From Spizellomyces punctatus DAOM BR117 (Eukaryota), in assembly GCA_000182565.2 (NCBI GenBank), contig KQ257450.1: a stretch of DNA of 64,000 nt; one strand, 5' to 3'. Below the pieces are notes generated by a model. That model worked only from the letters and a program-made list of their open reading frames with translations. It made no database searches and had not been told where the DNA came from. Made by a program: the position numbers and the translations under genes. Below are positions 1-11,142 of the stretch, one piece after another. The stretch's first letter is position 1, and the number at the start of each line of letters is the position of its first letter.

Positions 1-3000
1 TGGTCAACGCCTCATCACGTTCTACCTCCATACGCCCAAGACGATCCTCCATTTCCCGAGTACCAGCCACGGACAAGTCTTTGCACTCAATCATTTCCTT
101 CTCCATTTCCGCGTTCGAGTGCTCCAATTCCTTCATGCGTACTAAAAGCATGTCACGTTCCTGCTGAGTATCGGAGAGGTTCTGCTCCAGTTCCGTAGCG
201 AGAGCTTCGGCGGTTCGCATCTTGTTCTCCAAATCTAGGATAGTCGCAGCCGATGTGGTCTCCACTTGCGTCTCCGCAAGACCAAGTCCGTTCAAGAGGT
301 CATTGCACTCACGGTCCAGTTGAGCTACATCGGCTTGCGGACGGGTGCTCTCAATCTCGAGCCCCCTCTCAGTTCCTTGCACACTCTCATTTTGCAGGTG
401 CAGAATTTGCTCCTCAAGGGCGTTGACCTTGTCCAGGAGCTCATCCCGCTCTATAACGACAGCTTCACGCAACGAAGCAAGGTACTGTACCTCTTTTGCA
501 AACTTTCCAATCTTGGCAGCGTAGTCCTCACAGTGTGTCTCTAATTGATGGACACGATCCATGAGGGCCTGCTTCTCCACTTCACTTTCAGAAAGCTGAT
601 TCTGCAAAGCTTTGTTACTCTCATCCCTTGCCAGAAGCCCTGACTCCAATTCAGAGGCCTCGTGCTCGTGGGCACGACTGGATTCAAGCTCCGTCGCTAG
701 TTGGTCTTGCGTCTCTGTGAGGGTGACGTGAAGAGCTTCTAGCTGGGCTTGGAGATCGGATACCAGGTTCTGAGATTCGGATTGCAATCTACGTGACTCT
801 TCCAGCTCACGCTGGACTGTTTCCAGTTCATTGACGTGCACGCTAGAGTCGTCCAATTGAGTACGCAAAGTGGAGAGCGCGGTTTGCAGGTCAGCGACAT
901 CAGCCTCCCGCTGTGCAAGTTCTCCTTGTTTCTCGTCCAACTCTGTGCGTGATGCAGTGAGTGCAGATTGCAAATCAGATACTTCAGCCTCCCGGTGGGC
1001 GAGTTCTGCTTGTTTCTCATCCAATTCTGTGCGTAAGCTGGAGAGGGTGGTTTGCAGGTCAGAGAGCTGGGTCTCCCGTTGAGCGGCTTCTGCTTGTTTG
1101 TCATCCAAGAGCTGTTGCAGTTGTTCCACCTTTTGGTTTTCGGTCTCTGCTTGCAGCGCGCGAGCTTCCTCGATGCTTCGTTGAGCTGTTTCCAGTTCAA
1201 TGCGCAAGGCAGCGAGAGTGGTTTGCAGATCCGAGAGATCAACCTCCCGTTGGGCAAGTTCTGCTTGTTTGTCATCCAAGAGCTGTTGCAGTTGTTCCAT
1301 CTTTTGGTTTTCGGTTTCTGCGTGCAGCGCGCGAGCTTCCTCGATGCTTCGTTGAGCTGCTTCCAATTCCTGGACGCGATCTGTGGACTGATTGAGTTCA
1401 GTGCGCAAGGCAGTAAGAGTGGCTTGCAGGTCCGAGAGATCAGTCTCCCGTTGAGCAAGTTCTGCTTGTTTCTCATCCAAGAGCTTTTGAATTTGGGCCA
1501 CCTGTTGGTTTTCAGTTTCTGCTTGCAGCGAGCGAGTTTCGTGCAATTCTCGGTGGACTGTTTCCAGTTCACTGATACGTTCTTTGGATTCGGTCAGTTC
1601 AGTGCGCAATGCAGCGACAGTGGTTTGCAGTTCCGCGACGACAGTCTCCTGTTGAGCGAGTTCTGCATGCTTGTCGTCCAAGAGCTTTTGAACTTCTTGA
1701 ACCTTTTGGGTCTCAGTTTCCGATCGCAGGGTGATAGATTCATGTAAATCCCGTTGGACGGCTTCCAGTTCATTGACACGAGCCTTCGATTCATCTAGCT
1801 CAGTAGTGAGGGCGGCGAGCGTGGCTCGCAGGTCAGAGACGACGGTATCCCGTTCGGAGATTTCAGTGTGCTTTTGATCCAAAAGCTGCTGGATTTCTCC
1901 TATTCTTGTTGTTAGCTCCTCGCATTCTTGAGCGACCACACCAAGCCGGTCATCTCGTTCCTTGACTCCATCGCGAAGATCCTGAACCAACGACTTTGCA
2001 CCCGTCAACACAGTGTCCAATTCGCCATCACCCTCCACAATGCGATTCAATTCTTTTACAATGTCTTCAATCTTTTGTAGAGCCTCGTCACGCTCACTCG
2101 TGACAGTGGAGACATTGGCCTGTAGCACATCCAATTCAGTCTTTAGGACTTGAACCTCGTCCCTGACCTTGTCTTCCTTCAGTCCATTTTCAATTTGCAG
2201 TTCCTCCAGCTGTGTGACAAGAGCCTCTAAATCGCGTGTCTTGGCCTCTAGGGCAGCTTTCAACCCCTCAACCTCGTCAGCCAGCTGCGTACGATGCTGT
2301 TCAGAGGCAGCGTGCGCCTCTACAATTCCACTGTGTATGTCTTCCAATTCTACCAATTTAGTTCGCGCCTCAGCCAAGTCGCGGTCGGAACCAGTCCGCA
2401 CGTCGTCGAGCTGGTGAGTCACCTGATCCAGTTCACGGCCTTTATCTAGGAGATCTCGTCCCAGTTCTTCCACCTTTTGTCTCGCGTCAGTCAATTCGGT
2501 TTCGTATCCCTCCGTCTTTTGCAAAAGCTCATCTATCACATGCTGCTTCTCCTCCAACTGCTTGGATAGGCCCGAGAGATCCGCCCGCAAACCTTCCAAC
2601 TGCCCATCTTTCTCATCGACGCCTCTTTCCAGCTCGTCAATGTGAGCTGTAAGAGATTCAATCTCGCTCATTTTTGCATCCAATTGCTCTTCCAGATCAA
2701 CGCGTCCACTGCGTAAAGTCTCAACCTCCTCCTCCAGTTCTTTGGCATGAGATTGTGTATTTGCAAGCTCTGTCGCCATATTATCCGCTTTTTCAGCGAG
2801 TTCCGACTGAACAGTATTCAAAGCAGTCTCATGTTCTTTCACAACCGCGTCCAACCGCCCAGCGGCATCCTCGACCTCCTTTTCCAGCTCCGCAACTCGC
2901 ATTTGTAACGCCTCACGTTCCTTGTCTTTCTCATCGGACAAGAGAACCGATTGGCGCTTGGCATCGTGGATCTCCCTGCTCAGCGTCTCGTGGTGCGAAG

Positions 3001-6000
3001 TTGCTTCTTCAAGTGCACTTTTCAAGCTTTCCAATTCGGAGATGAGGGCATTGCGCTCTGCAATGATAGAGTCACGCTCAGCTTGAATGGCGTCTCTATC
3101 TTGAGCCGCGGTTCGGACTTTTTCATCGGCTTCGTGAATCGCAGAGGCCAGGCTATGTGCTTCGTGCGCTGCAGCTTCCAATTCGGAACGGAGGGTCGTG
3201 ATTGCGTCTTCAGCGGCCACTAGTTTGGCCTGGGCTTCGGATGCCTGTCTTTGCTCGGTTTCCAAGCTTTGCTCTAGTTCGGCGGTGCGGGATGAGGAAT
3301 CAGAGAGCTGATCTCTTGCCTTGGACAGGTCAGTATGGAGGGAGGTGATTTCGTTTTGGAGTTCTTTAAGGATATTGTCTGCTTCTGATCGGGATGTGTC
3401 GACAGCTTGTTGAGCTTTGTCAATTTCGGCTTCTAGGTCGGTTACGCGAGCTTGAAGGGTATGTTCAACATTGACCTTCTCATCACGCGCATGCTGTAAA
3501 AGTCCTTCCAACTCTTTAACATGCTCTCGCAAACCCTCCAAGTCACCCTTGAGAGTTTCACCGTGTTCGAGACTTCGGGTTGCAGTTTCCGCTGCCGCTG
3601 TTTTCATCTCACCAATCTCATTCTCCAAGGCCTTTAGATGACCTTCCAATTCTTCGACCCTGTCATCCCTTTGTACAAGATCGTTCTCGCGCTCCTTCAG
3701 CAAAGTCTCCAACTCTTCCTTTTCCTTCATCAAGGCTTCCATCCGTCCTTCCAGTTCTTTGACCCCATTGTGCAATTCCTCATTCGCCTCCTCCGCCATT
3801 CTCAGATTCTCCAAAACTTGTTCCACGCCCTTGACACGTTCCTCTACTTCTTTGAAGGCTCCTTCGCGGGCTTGTTCGAGGGCAGTGTTTTCAGATTCGA
3901 GTTTGGCAGCGCGTGCAACCGCATCGGATGCGACTTGGCGGAGTTGGGCGACTTCGGATTCCAGGGCGGCGTAAGCTTGATTTGATTCGGCGAGAAGGCT
4001 ATGGAGTGCTGGCGGGTCGACGGGAGCGATGGTGGAAGTCGTGTTAATAGGTGCTGGTGGAACGTTGTGCTCGGCTTCGAGCTGGGAAAGCTGCGACTGG
4101 AGGGTCTTCAATTTGGATTGTATTTCTTCTCGTGCAACGCGGTGATCCTCTTCGGATCCTACTAACTCAGCGGTCCGGGTCTCCTGTTCGAGAAGTTGGT
4201 TCCATAAGTCCGAAACTGCAGCCCTCAATGATAATATATCACTGGGCGGATTCTCGAATGTGTCTTTGGTTGTTGCGGGGATAACTACAGACGGGGTGAA
4301 AGTTCCCTCAGCAGCGGGAGCAGCCCTCTCCACAACAGATGCAGCGGCATGAAGGTCCTGCCTTCGAAACTCTTCCAGCTCCTTCTCCAGTTCCGCTACT
4401 TTGATCCAGGCCACTTCAACATCTTTGCGCTCATTCTTCAACTCTATTACCTCCTCTTCCAAGAGTCTAACGCGTTCCCAAGGCCCACCACTGTCGGCAT
4501 CCCTTCCCTCTCTCTCTCGCTCCAGTTCAGTCTCCAATCGTTCAACCTGATCTGCGAGAGCCTGATGCTTCGTCAGCTGAACTTCTAGTCCCGCAATATA
4601 ATCTTCGGCACCAGCATTCAATGCCTTCAGTTCGGAAATCTCCTCTTGAAGAGCTTGTTCTGCCTCTTCAAACTCGGCTTCTCGTTCGCGAAGGCGAGTT
4701 TGGAGGGAGTCAACTTGCGAGAGATACTGGCGGGCAGCTAATGTGGTTTCTCGGAGTTCAGCGCGGAGTTTGCGAACGGTGGCTTGAGTTGGTATTGGGT
4801 CGTCGGTAGTGCTCACTTCGTCGGGGAGGTTGGGTGATGGTGAAATAAGGAGGTCGCGGATGAGTTCGGCAGAGGTAGCGGAGCGTGGACGAATTCGGTT
4901 TCGTTTCGGGAGTGGAATGGAGCTCATTGTTGAGCCGTTGAAATCTATGACAGAATCTTGTCCATTATGCAGCGGGACATCACTTGATTCTGATGGGGTG
5001 GCGGAAGGTGTTGGTGATGCGGCATAGATCCTCATCATAACCGATTCGGACTGCACCAAGGCAAGTTCGTTTGCGAGGTAATCGTTGCGTTGTCGGAGAG
5101 ATTTCTGCGTCTGTGTCAAAGACTCTAGCTGCTTCTTCAACTCGTCGTTCTCCTCCCGCAAGCGATCGGCGTCGTTGGATGGCAATGGTGCATCTGCATA
5201 AAACACAAAAGGCAATTTGTTGCTGTTAGGAACAAAATGGTCCCAAAACCGTCCCCAACGCGTTCTGTTTCATAAATAACCAGCCCTCATTTGATTGGTC
5301 CGATTATGTAATGACTGACTAAGCACTTACGTTTTCCAACTTCGCCTTTCAGACGAGCGACTTGCTCTTTGAGTGCACGGACTTCGGACTGGTACTCGTG
5401 GTTGACAAAGGCCGTATTCCGGATATTGCGTCCTCTGTTGGCCCATAACAAGGTGTTGAGTGTTTCCCCAAGGTCCGCCTCACATGGCGAGATGCAGGCG
5501 ATCATCGCGGTTTGGCTGTAGGCAGGACTTGTTGTTAGCGCCAAAACAAGTGACTTTTGCATTTAAAAACGGCCTGTACCTATTGCCTCCTAGCCCGTCC
5601 TGGAGCAATCTCGTCAATTTTGAGTCTCTGTAGGGTACATGAACGGGTCCACCTTGTCTGGTTGCCTGCTCCCCTCCCAAAGCATTAATGACATTTCCCA
5701 GCGCCAATAGTCCTGAATTAATTGAAATCCCTTCTCGTTGACGTTCTCCGACCGCTTTGGTGCGTTTAAGTCGCTCGGATCCAGCCAGGTCCACAAAATG
5801 GAATTTGGAGTTGACAATTTGCCAGTCGCCTGCGTCACCGGTATCGGCCGTATTGCCAGGGATCCATCGTCGTTGGCAGAGTTGGAGAGAGAAGATGGCG
5901 TGGGAGCGGGACGAGGTTTGATTGAGTGTTGTAGAGGTCGTTTGGCGGTGCTCTAATCCAGCTGTAAGCAATCTACGTCGTCGTATTTGAATAATCCAGT

Positions 6001-6762
6001 GAGCGTTCTGTTTCTACTCCATTTGCATTCTGCCTTCCACAAAACATACCGTAGTGCCTCCTCTACATTTTCGACATTCTCTTCTCGCGCACCCGCCCAA
6101 TATATTCCACCTCTTGGATCCTCTCGGACAGTGACACCCTTCATAGGCGGCACAGTCAGCAAATCGATCAAGTCTTCATTGTACATCTCGATGAACGAGA
6201 CCGACAAATCAAACTTTGTTTCTTCTCCACCCGTCTCGTGGCTGCCGTTGTCAATTGCACTAAAGATGTGTTTGATGGCTCTGGCGACGATGCCTTCGCG
6301 CGGATCATCCGCTTCTGCAGAATCCCATCCAAAACCGGCCACATCCATGGCAGTGCCCATCGTGTAGGTCTTGCCGCTTCCGGTCTGACCATAGGCCATG
6401 ACAGTAGCATTGTAGCCCTCTAGGAATCTCTCGACCAAGGGTGCTACAGCTGCCTCGTAGACATCATGTTGTGAGTGGTCCGGTCCAAAGACCGAATCAA
6501 AAGTAAACCTTTTCCTGCCGTCGACGACGACGCTATTTGGTGTTGGAGTGTCATCCGAGAGGACCTGGACGACTTGCCGTGAGCCTCTGGATGGTTGTGA
6601 GGAAACGGGAGGGCGGATGCGGAGAGCGACTTTGATTGTCGAAGTTGTTGCTGTTGAAGAGGAGAGAAGTGTGGACGTGCTAGCTGTCGAAGCGACCGAG
6701 AGACGGCGTGGTGGCGGAGAGGGCGTCGATGGAGGTGTTGGTGAAGAGTTTCGGGCGGTCAT
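1..6762 (-). CDS. Kinesin-4-like (KIF4/KIF21/KIF27-like) N-terminal motor protein with a very long coiled-coil tail; 3' end lies beyond the window edge
   Basis: ATG at 6762 (MTARNSS). Motor motifs [10 protein letters not shown]-loop GQTGSGKT, switch I NQTSSRSH, switch [24 protein letters not shown] and [14 protein letters not shown] are spread over short-intron-separated exons at 6762-5330. A further exon from 5193 is in the same frame at both ends (5191 and position 10) and encodes E/K/L/Q-rich coiled coil. It is absent from the ORF track, consistent with no stop inside the window. Confidence 0.9.
840..1910 (-). repeat. In-frame tandem repeats inside the kinesin tail (units of 84, 84, 171, 201, 201, 201 bp)
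   Basis: The anchor ttc(t/a)gcttgtt(t/g)(c/g)tc(a/g)tccaa and degenerate versions recur at 920, 1004, 1088, 1259, 1460, 1661 and 1862. All spacings are multiples of 3. The 1088 and 1259 copies are nearly identical. Confidence 0.9.
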
Positions 6763-7282
6763 GGATATCGTTGCATGCAACTGGCCTGGGTTCTACAGTG
6801 GCACCAAGAGAGAGAAGCAAGGAGGAGGTCAGCCTAGACGCTAAAGCACACTGATAGCGACCAAGCCAAAACAAAAATAAAAGGTCATGTAGGAATAATG
6901 ATAATAATAACTAGTACAACAAAATTCATGTATATGAGATCACACGTCTTGGATGAGGAACATTTACGCACAGAAAAAAGAGGTTAAAGTGTCAAGTGTT
7001 CCAAAAGATGGCTTTTTGACTTGTGTGTTTCCGTGTCAATCCAAAACGAACGTTGAAATCGACTTCACTTTTGCCAATCGCACACACAGAGCGCTTTTTT
7101 ACAATCCTTCCACCTCCATTAACCGTTAAAGCCTTTTGAACTCTCCATTTAAACAAAAAGGCTAAAAGAAAAAAGCGAACAAAAAAAGGCGCGCAATTTT
7201 GGAGGCAGATGTACACGCGCCCGGATTCGATCCCTCGTGGAATTGTTGGAACACTCCCAATCTCGCAGTGTTCAAAAACACT

Positions 7283-9239
7283 TCAAGCAGAAGCCATCTC
7301 TTGAGTGGGATGGACAAGGACCAACGCTCCATTTGGAATGGGTCGTCGTTTCTCTCCCGGGCCATAGATGGCCCTAGCAATAACCTCATCCTCATCATCA
7401 CACTCGCCGCCAACGTCAACCTTTACGCGTCTTCGCATGGTCACTACTTTGAAGACGTTCGATGTTTGCTCCTTTTCATTCTCTGCCTTTTTCAGCTTGT
7501 CTTGCATCTCTTGGTGCTTGCTCTTTTTCTTTTGCCACCATCCAACCAACAACCAGCCACAAACACTCATCCCAATTACTCCCCATCCAAGAAAGAGTGT
7601 CACTTGGGACCCCCAGTCTTCCAACCCATCACGATCCGCAATAATGGTTGATATGTAGGACCACAGGCCAGCCAAATGCGCCCCAAACGTCAATATTCGG
7701 AGCTTGTGGAAAGTACAAGAGTTGTAGTACACGTCCAAAAAGAGAAGGGTGCAGAGTGTGAGTAGGCCAGTGGCCTGTGTACCGTGCGTATAGGTTGTCC
7801 GCGATGTCGATGTGTACCCAATGAGGAGATTCACTGCCAAGAATGCCGAATTGATGGTACGTTTGATGACAACAATGCGGGGAATAAATGTTACAGAAGA
7901 TCGTCGAACGTGCTTGTCCGCTGCATGATGCTATATGAGCATTCAATGGCTTTATACTCCAAATCTTGCTCGACGTACCTTTGTAAGAACCGACAAAAAT
8001 GGCCGATAGTCCAAAAATTAATAGACCGGCAAAGGCCATGGCGCCATACTTTTCGTGTTCGCCTGTCCAACAGGGTACATCAACGGATGGTGCTTCGGGT
8101 TCCGCATAATAGAGATACATGTTGCGTTGCCCTGTCTCTGAAATCTGCATGCAACCCGTTCAACTGTTTCGCACATCAGGACATCATTGACTGATATAAA
8201 CGACCCACCTTTGTTCTACAATCCAAGACCGATAAGAGTTTGCTTACCACAGGTAGGTATGCAATCCCCGCAAAAAGCTCAAAAACTATCGTGCACAGCC
8301 AATGCCCAGGCTGCAAAAACTTTGCAATGGCATATCCCAGCAATATGGCATACAGGCAACAAACAGCGAATGCAGAGCCGGTCGCGGCGTAGAAGAGGCT
8401 AGGTCCCTTCATCTCATAGATACCTTTGCAAGTGACGTCCTCGAACCTGAAGCTTGATATGCGAACAAAGGCCCTGACAGCAGTTCCAAGGGAAGAAGTG
8501 CAAAGCCACGTATCCGTCGAAGTGCGAAATGCAAAAGATGTGAATTGGATAAATTCAATGATGGGCGCAAGAAGAGGAAGGGTATTTCTCCAGTGGAAGA
8601 GATTAATGCGCGATTCAGCAGGGATGCTAACCATTCCCAATCCCGGCTTGAGGAATGCGTAGAGGATCGTCAAGACCTGAACGGCGCCGATCATCACCAA
8701 AAATAAGGCAACGACAACTCCTACTCTCCATCCGCGATCAATCAAGCTGTCCATGACTGTACTGACGCCAGCTGGGTAGACGAGAAGGGCGAAAAATACA
8801 AAGAGCCCAACACCCCATGCCCATGGTTTCATCTCATTCTTGTAATTGTCTGTGTCGACCGCTCGGCGTGTGACTGCGGATTGGAAGACGACAGCAACGC
8901 AGAAAGGGCAATACGCAAAGAGGGATACGAAGATTGTGAGAGGTAAGGTGACAATATCAATGATCCTGCTTTGAAGTGTCGGTGGTTGTGGTGGTATTGC
9001 GCTGGGCATATCAAATGTAGTGTCATGGTGCAAGTAAAAGGAAAAAGCCTTGAAATAAACATGTGTGCAAACCTTTTAGATTCAGTTTTCGGCTCTCGTA
9101 AACTAAGCAAACTCCCTGTTGCCCCACTCAGTTTGTCACCCGGCTTCGCAGCATCTCCTATGTGAGCTATAGATAGATTCGTGATGCTATACACCTTCTC
9201 ATTCAGTTTTGTTAAAGAAGGTAGCTTTTTTGTCGACAT
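7283..9239 (-). CDS. Uncharacterised multi-pass membrane protein (multi-exon; 5' end uncertain, possibly 9033 or 9239)
   Basis: Collinear hydrophobic ORF segments 9033-8176, 8150-7900 and 7840-7283 carry many TM-like stretches. A luminal C...CW..EH motif (VLDC...VPCWTGEH) and a basic/acidic C-tail are present. No family recognised with confidence. Confidence 0.65.
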
Positions 9240-9988
9240 AGTGTAGAGGGACAGTTGACATTGCAGTGCAATACCCTTTTCCCTATTTAAGCCGTTCATG
9301 ATCCGTTTGCGCGTGGAGGCATGCGCTGGTCAAGCAAGACCCTCAAAACATCAGGTAAGAGAGGTTAATGGAGCACCGAGTTCCGGTGTCCATGGCTTTG
9401 GCTTCCCAATTTGGGATATCTGTATCTCCAGAGGGAGATACTTGATATGTCCCTGGGAGAGGAACTCTGAAACCTCCCTTCCTGTCTGCCATGGTCTATC
9501 GGTGATAGTGTACCTCGCGTATATGCTGAATAATTATTGCAGCAAAACCTTGGATTAGATCTTGCAGTTTGCATCTGTTAGGGTGTTCTGTCATTTGCCA
9601 TTTAGATGCGATATTTGTTCTTGTTCTATTCTGTTATACCATGCGCTTGTCGTCTCCAAGATCCATTCTTTAAGGGCAGCAGACATCAGAGGCATAAACC
9701 CAACATGCGTCATTAGTATACTCCTTATTCCTCACCTCACTTTCAAAACCTCAAAGTTCAACATTGTATGTGGGCAAAAAAGACTGTCAGTCTGCACATA
9801 GATGCAGCCACTGGATCGAATGAGATGAAATGCAAGATGCCTCGATTTTGGCAAATGAACTATGCACAAAAGATGCTTGCTCCATCATGATGGGTCCAAT
9901 ATGTGTGGCCATGAACGGATTGCAATTATTATCCCTTGTGGCCATCTATGAGAGGAATATTCGCAGTTGCCATCTGCATGACGCTAAA

Positions 9989-10023
9989 TGACTCAATGTA
10001 GCCACTCAGTTTTTCTATATAAA
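9989..10023 (+). promoter_or_regulatory. TGACTCA (Gcn4/CPC-1/AP-1-type) site plus TATATAAA box (distal cassette)
   Basis: TGACTCA at 9989-9995, TATATAAA at 10016-10023, then a pyrimidine-rich tract. Confidence 0.4.
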
Positions 10024-10564
10024 CCCCCGCTGTTCTTCTTCCCCCCATCTTGTTCTTTACCCTCGACTCTTGAAGCATCTGCCCACGCTCAAGCAACTCT
10101 CAAGTCCATCATGAGAATGCCGCTCTGGTGTCGAGGACCTTGCCCTCCCGACAAAAACAGCATAACCCCTTGCAAACGCTGCTACTACTATGCTGCAACG
10201 ATCGCAGGTATGCATTATCTTTATGATTGTTCCCACGCGTATTACTCAGTCTAAGTCTGACTTTACTAGTATCTGAACATCCTGCGACTAAAGAATTTCG
10301 GAATCAAGGGCTTAGTAGGATTTCTCTCGTGTGGTGGGCTTAGTTACCCGGTTAGAACAACCGTAATGTATTGCATGTGCCATTGGGCCTAGTAGTAGTT
10401 GGTTGTAAGGAGGGAATTACTTGGCTTTTCCGAACCGGTTGTCGCCGGTTTATTCCCTGGTGTATTGTGTTGTGTGACATTTGTTTTTGCCAATACACTA
10501 CCCATTCGTCGGATGGTCGGCAATAGGTTCTGTAAGCAATGTGTAAGCGAAAAAAGGCCAGCGG

Positions 10565-10677
10565 ATCACGTGATAGCAAATTCATCATATCACATGACAT
10601 ATGACTCACTCTCCACCTATCACCTTCCAGCGATAATCTGCGAGTCGGTTGCGATGCGCGCCCATCGGGTATAAAAA
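10565..10677 (+). promoter_or_regulatory. Proximal CPA2 promoter: E-box, Gcn4/CPC-1-type site and TATA box
   Basis: Palindromic ATCACGTGAT at 10565-10574, ATGACTCA at 10601-10608 and TATAAAAA at 10670-10677. They lie upstream of an amino-acid biosynthetic gene of a class known to be under general amino acid control. Confidence 0.55.
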
Positions 10678-10857
10678 AGGGCCCCCGGTCGGTTTTCGTT
10701 TTTTCTTCCAAACGTTTGTCCATCTGCATCTAGTTGCTTCCCTCCAAGGAAGACAACAAAGTACATTCGTGACTTGTGGTTCTTTAGACAATCGGGTCTA
10801 TCGGCTACGCAGGAATAGCTTAACAGGCCTGGTCGGCCCGGCTGTATCTCTATTGAG

Positions 10858-11046
10858 GTAGGTTGGTGTGTGGGAATCTCTGGCAAGTGGTCGCCACACT
10901 CCAACCCAAAGTGCAAAGAAATGCATCTGGGGCGCTGCTGGATGCAAATAATATCATGACCCAGACTGGACTACACGTCAGCAATGGGAGATGCGCGAGT
11001 ATCATCTGATTCCTAATATTGATCTTTCTCTCGATGCATTTCATAG
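10858..11046 (+). other. Predicted 5'-leader intron of CPA2 with a hairpin abutting the donor
   Basis: GAG|GTAGGT donor at 10858; CCTAAT branch-like motif near 11012; pyrimidine tract; CATAG acceptor ending at 11046. 10861-10873 pairs with 10894-10906 (12/13 bp). Confidence 0.55.
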
Positions 11047-11067
11047 TCCTACCTTTGCATCCCCTTC

Positions 11068-11142
11068 ATGTACTCTCATCACGACGAGAAGGTTTCCAAC
11101 AACTATATTTCCGAACAAGTTTACAAAAGCCACGGACGTTGA
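11068..11142 (+). CDS. 24-codon upstream ORF, arginine attenuator peptide (AAP)-like: MYSHHDEKVSNNYISEQVYKSHGR
   Basis: Translated directly. It has the same length and register as Neurospora AAP (MNGRPSVFTSQDYLSDHLWRALNA). Core SNNYISEQVYKS matches yeast CQDYISDHIWKT. Weak start context (-3 T); the stop lies 58 nt before the CPA2 ATG. Confidence 0.7.
   Translation: MYSHHDEKVSNNYISEQVYKSHGR

Noticed and set aside
266-5027. Many plus-strand ORFs (up to 231 aa) and the 277-aa minus-strand ORF at 739-1572
   Set aside because: Antisense or alternative-frame shadows of the repetitive kinesin coiled-coil exon.
6770-6781. Palindrome GTTGCATGCAAC upstream of the kinesin ATG as an X-box
   Set aside because: Two bases shorter than the canonical X-box and only 8 bp from the ATG; could be chance.
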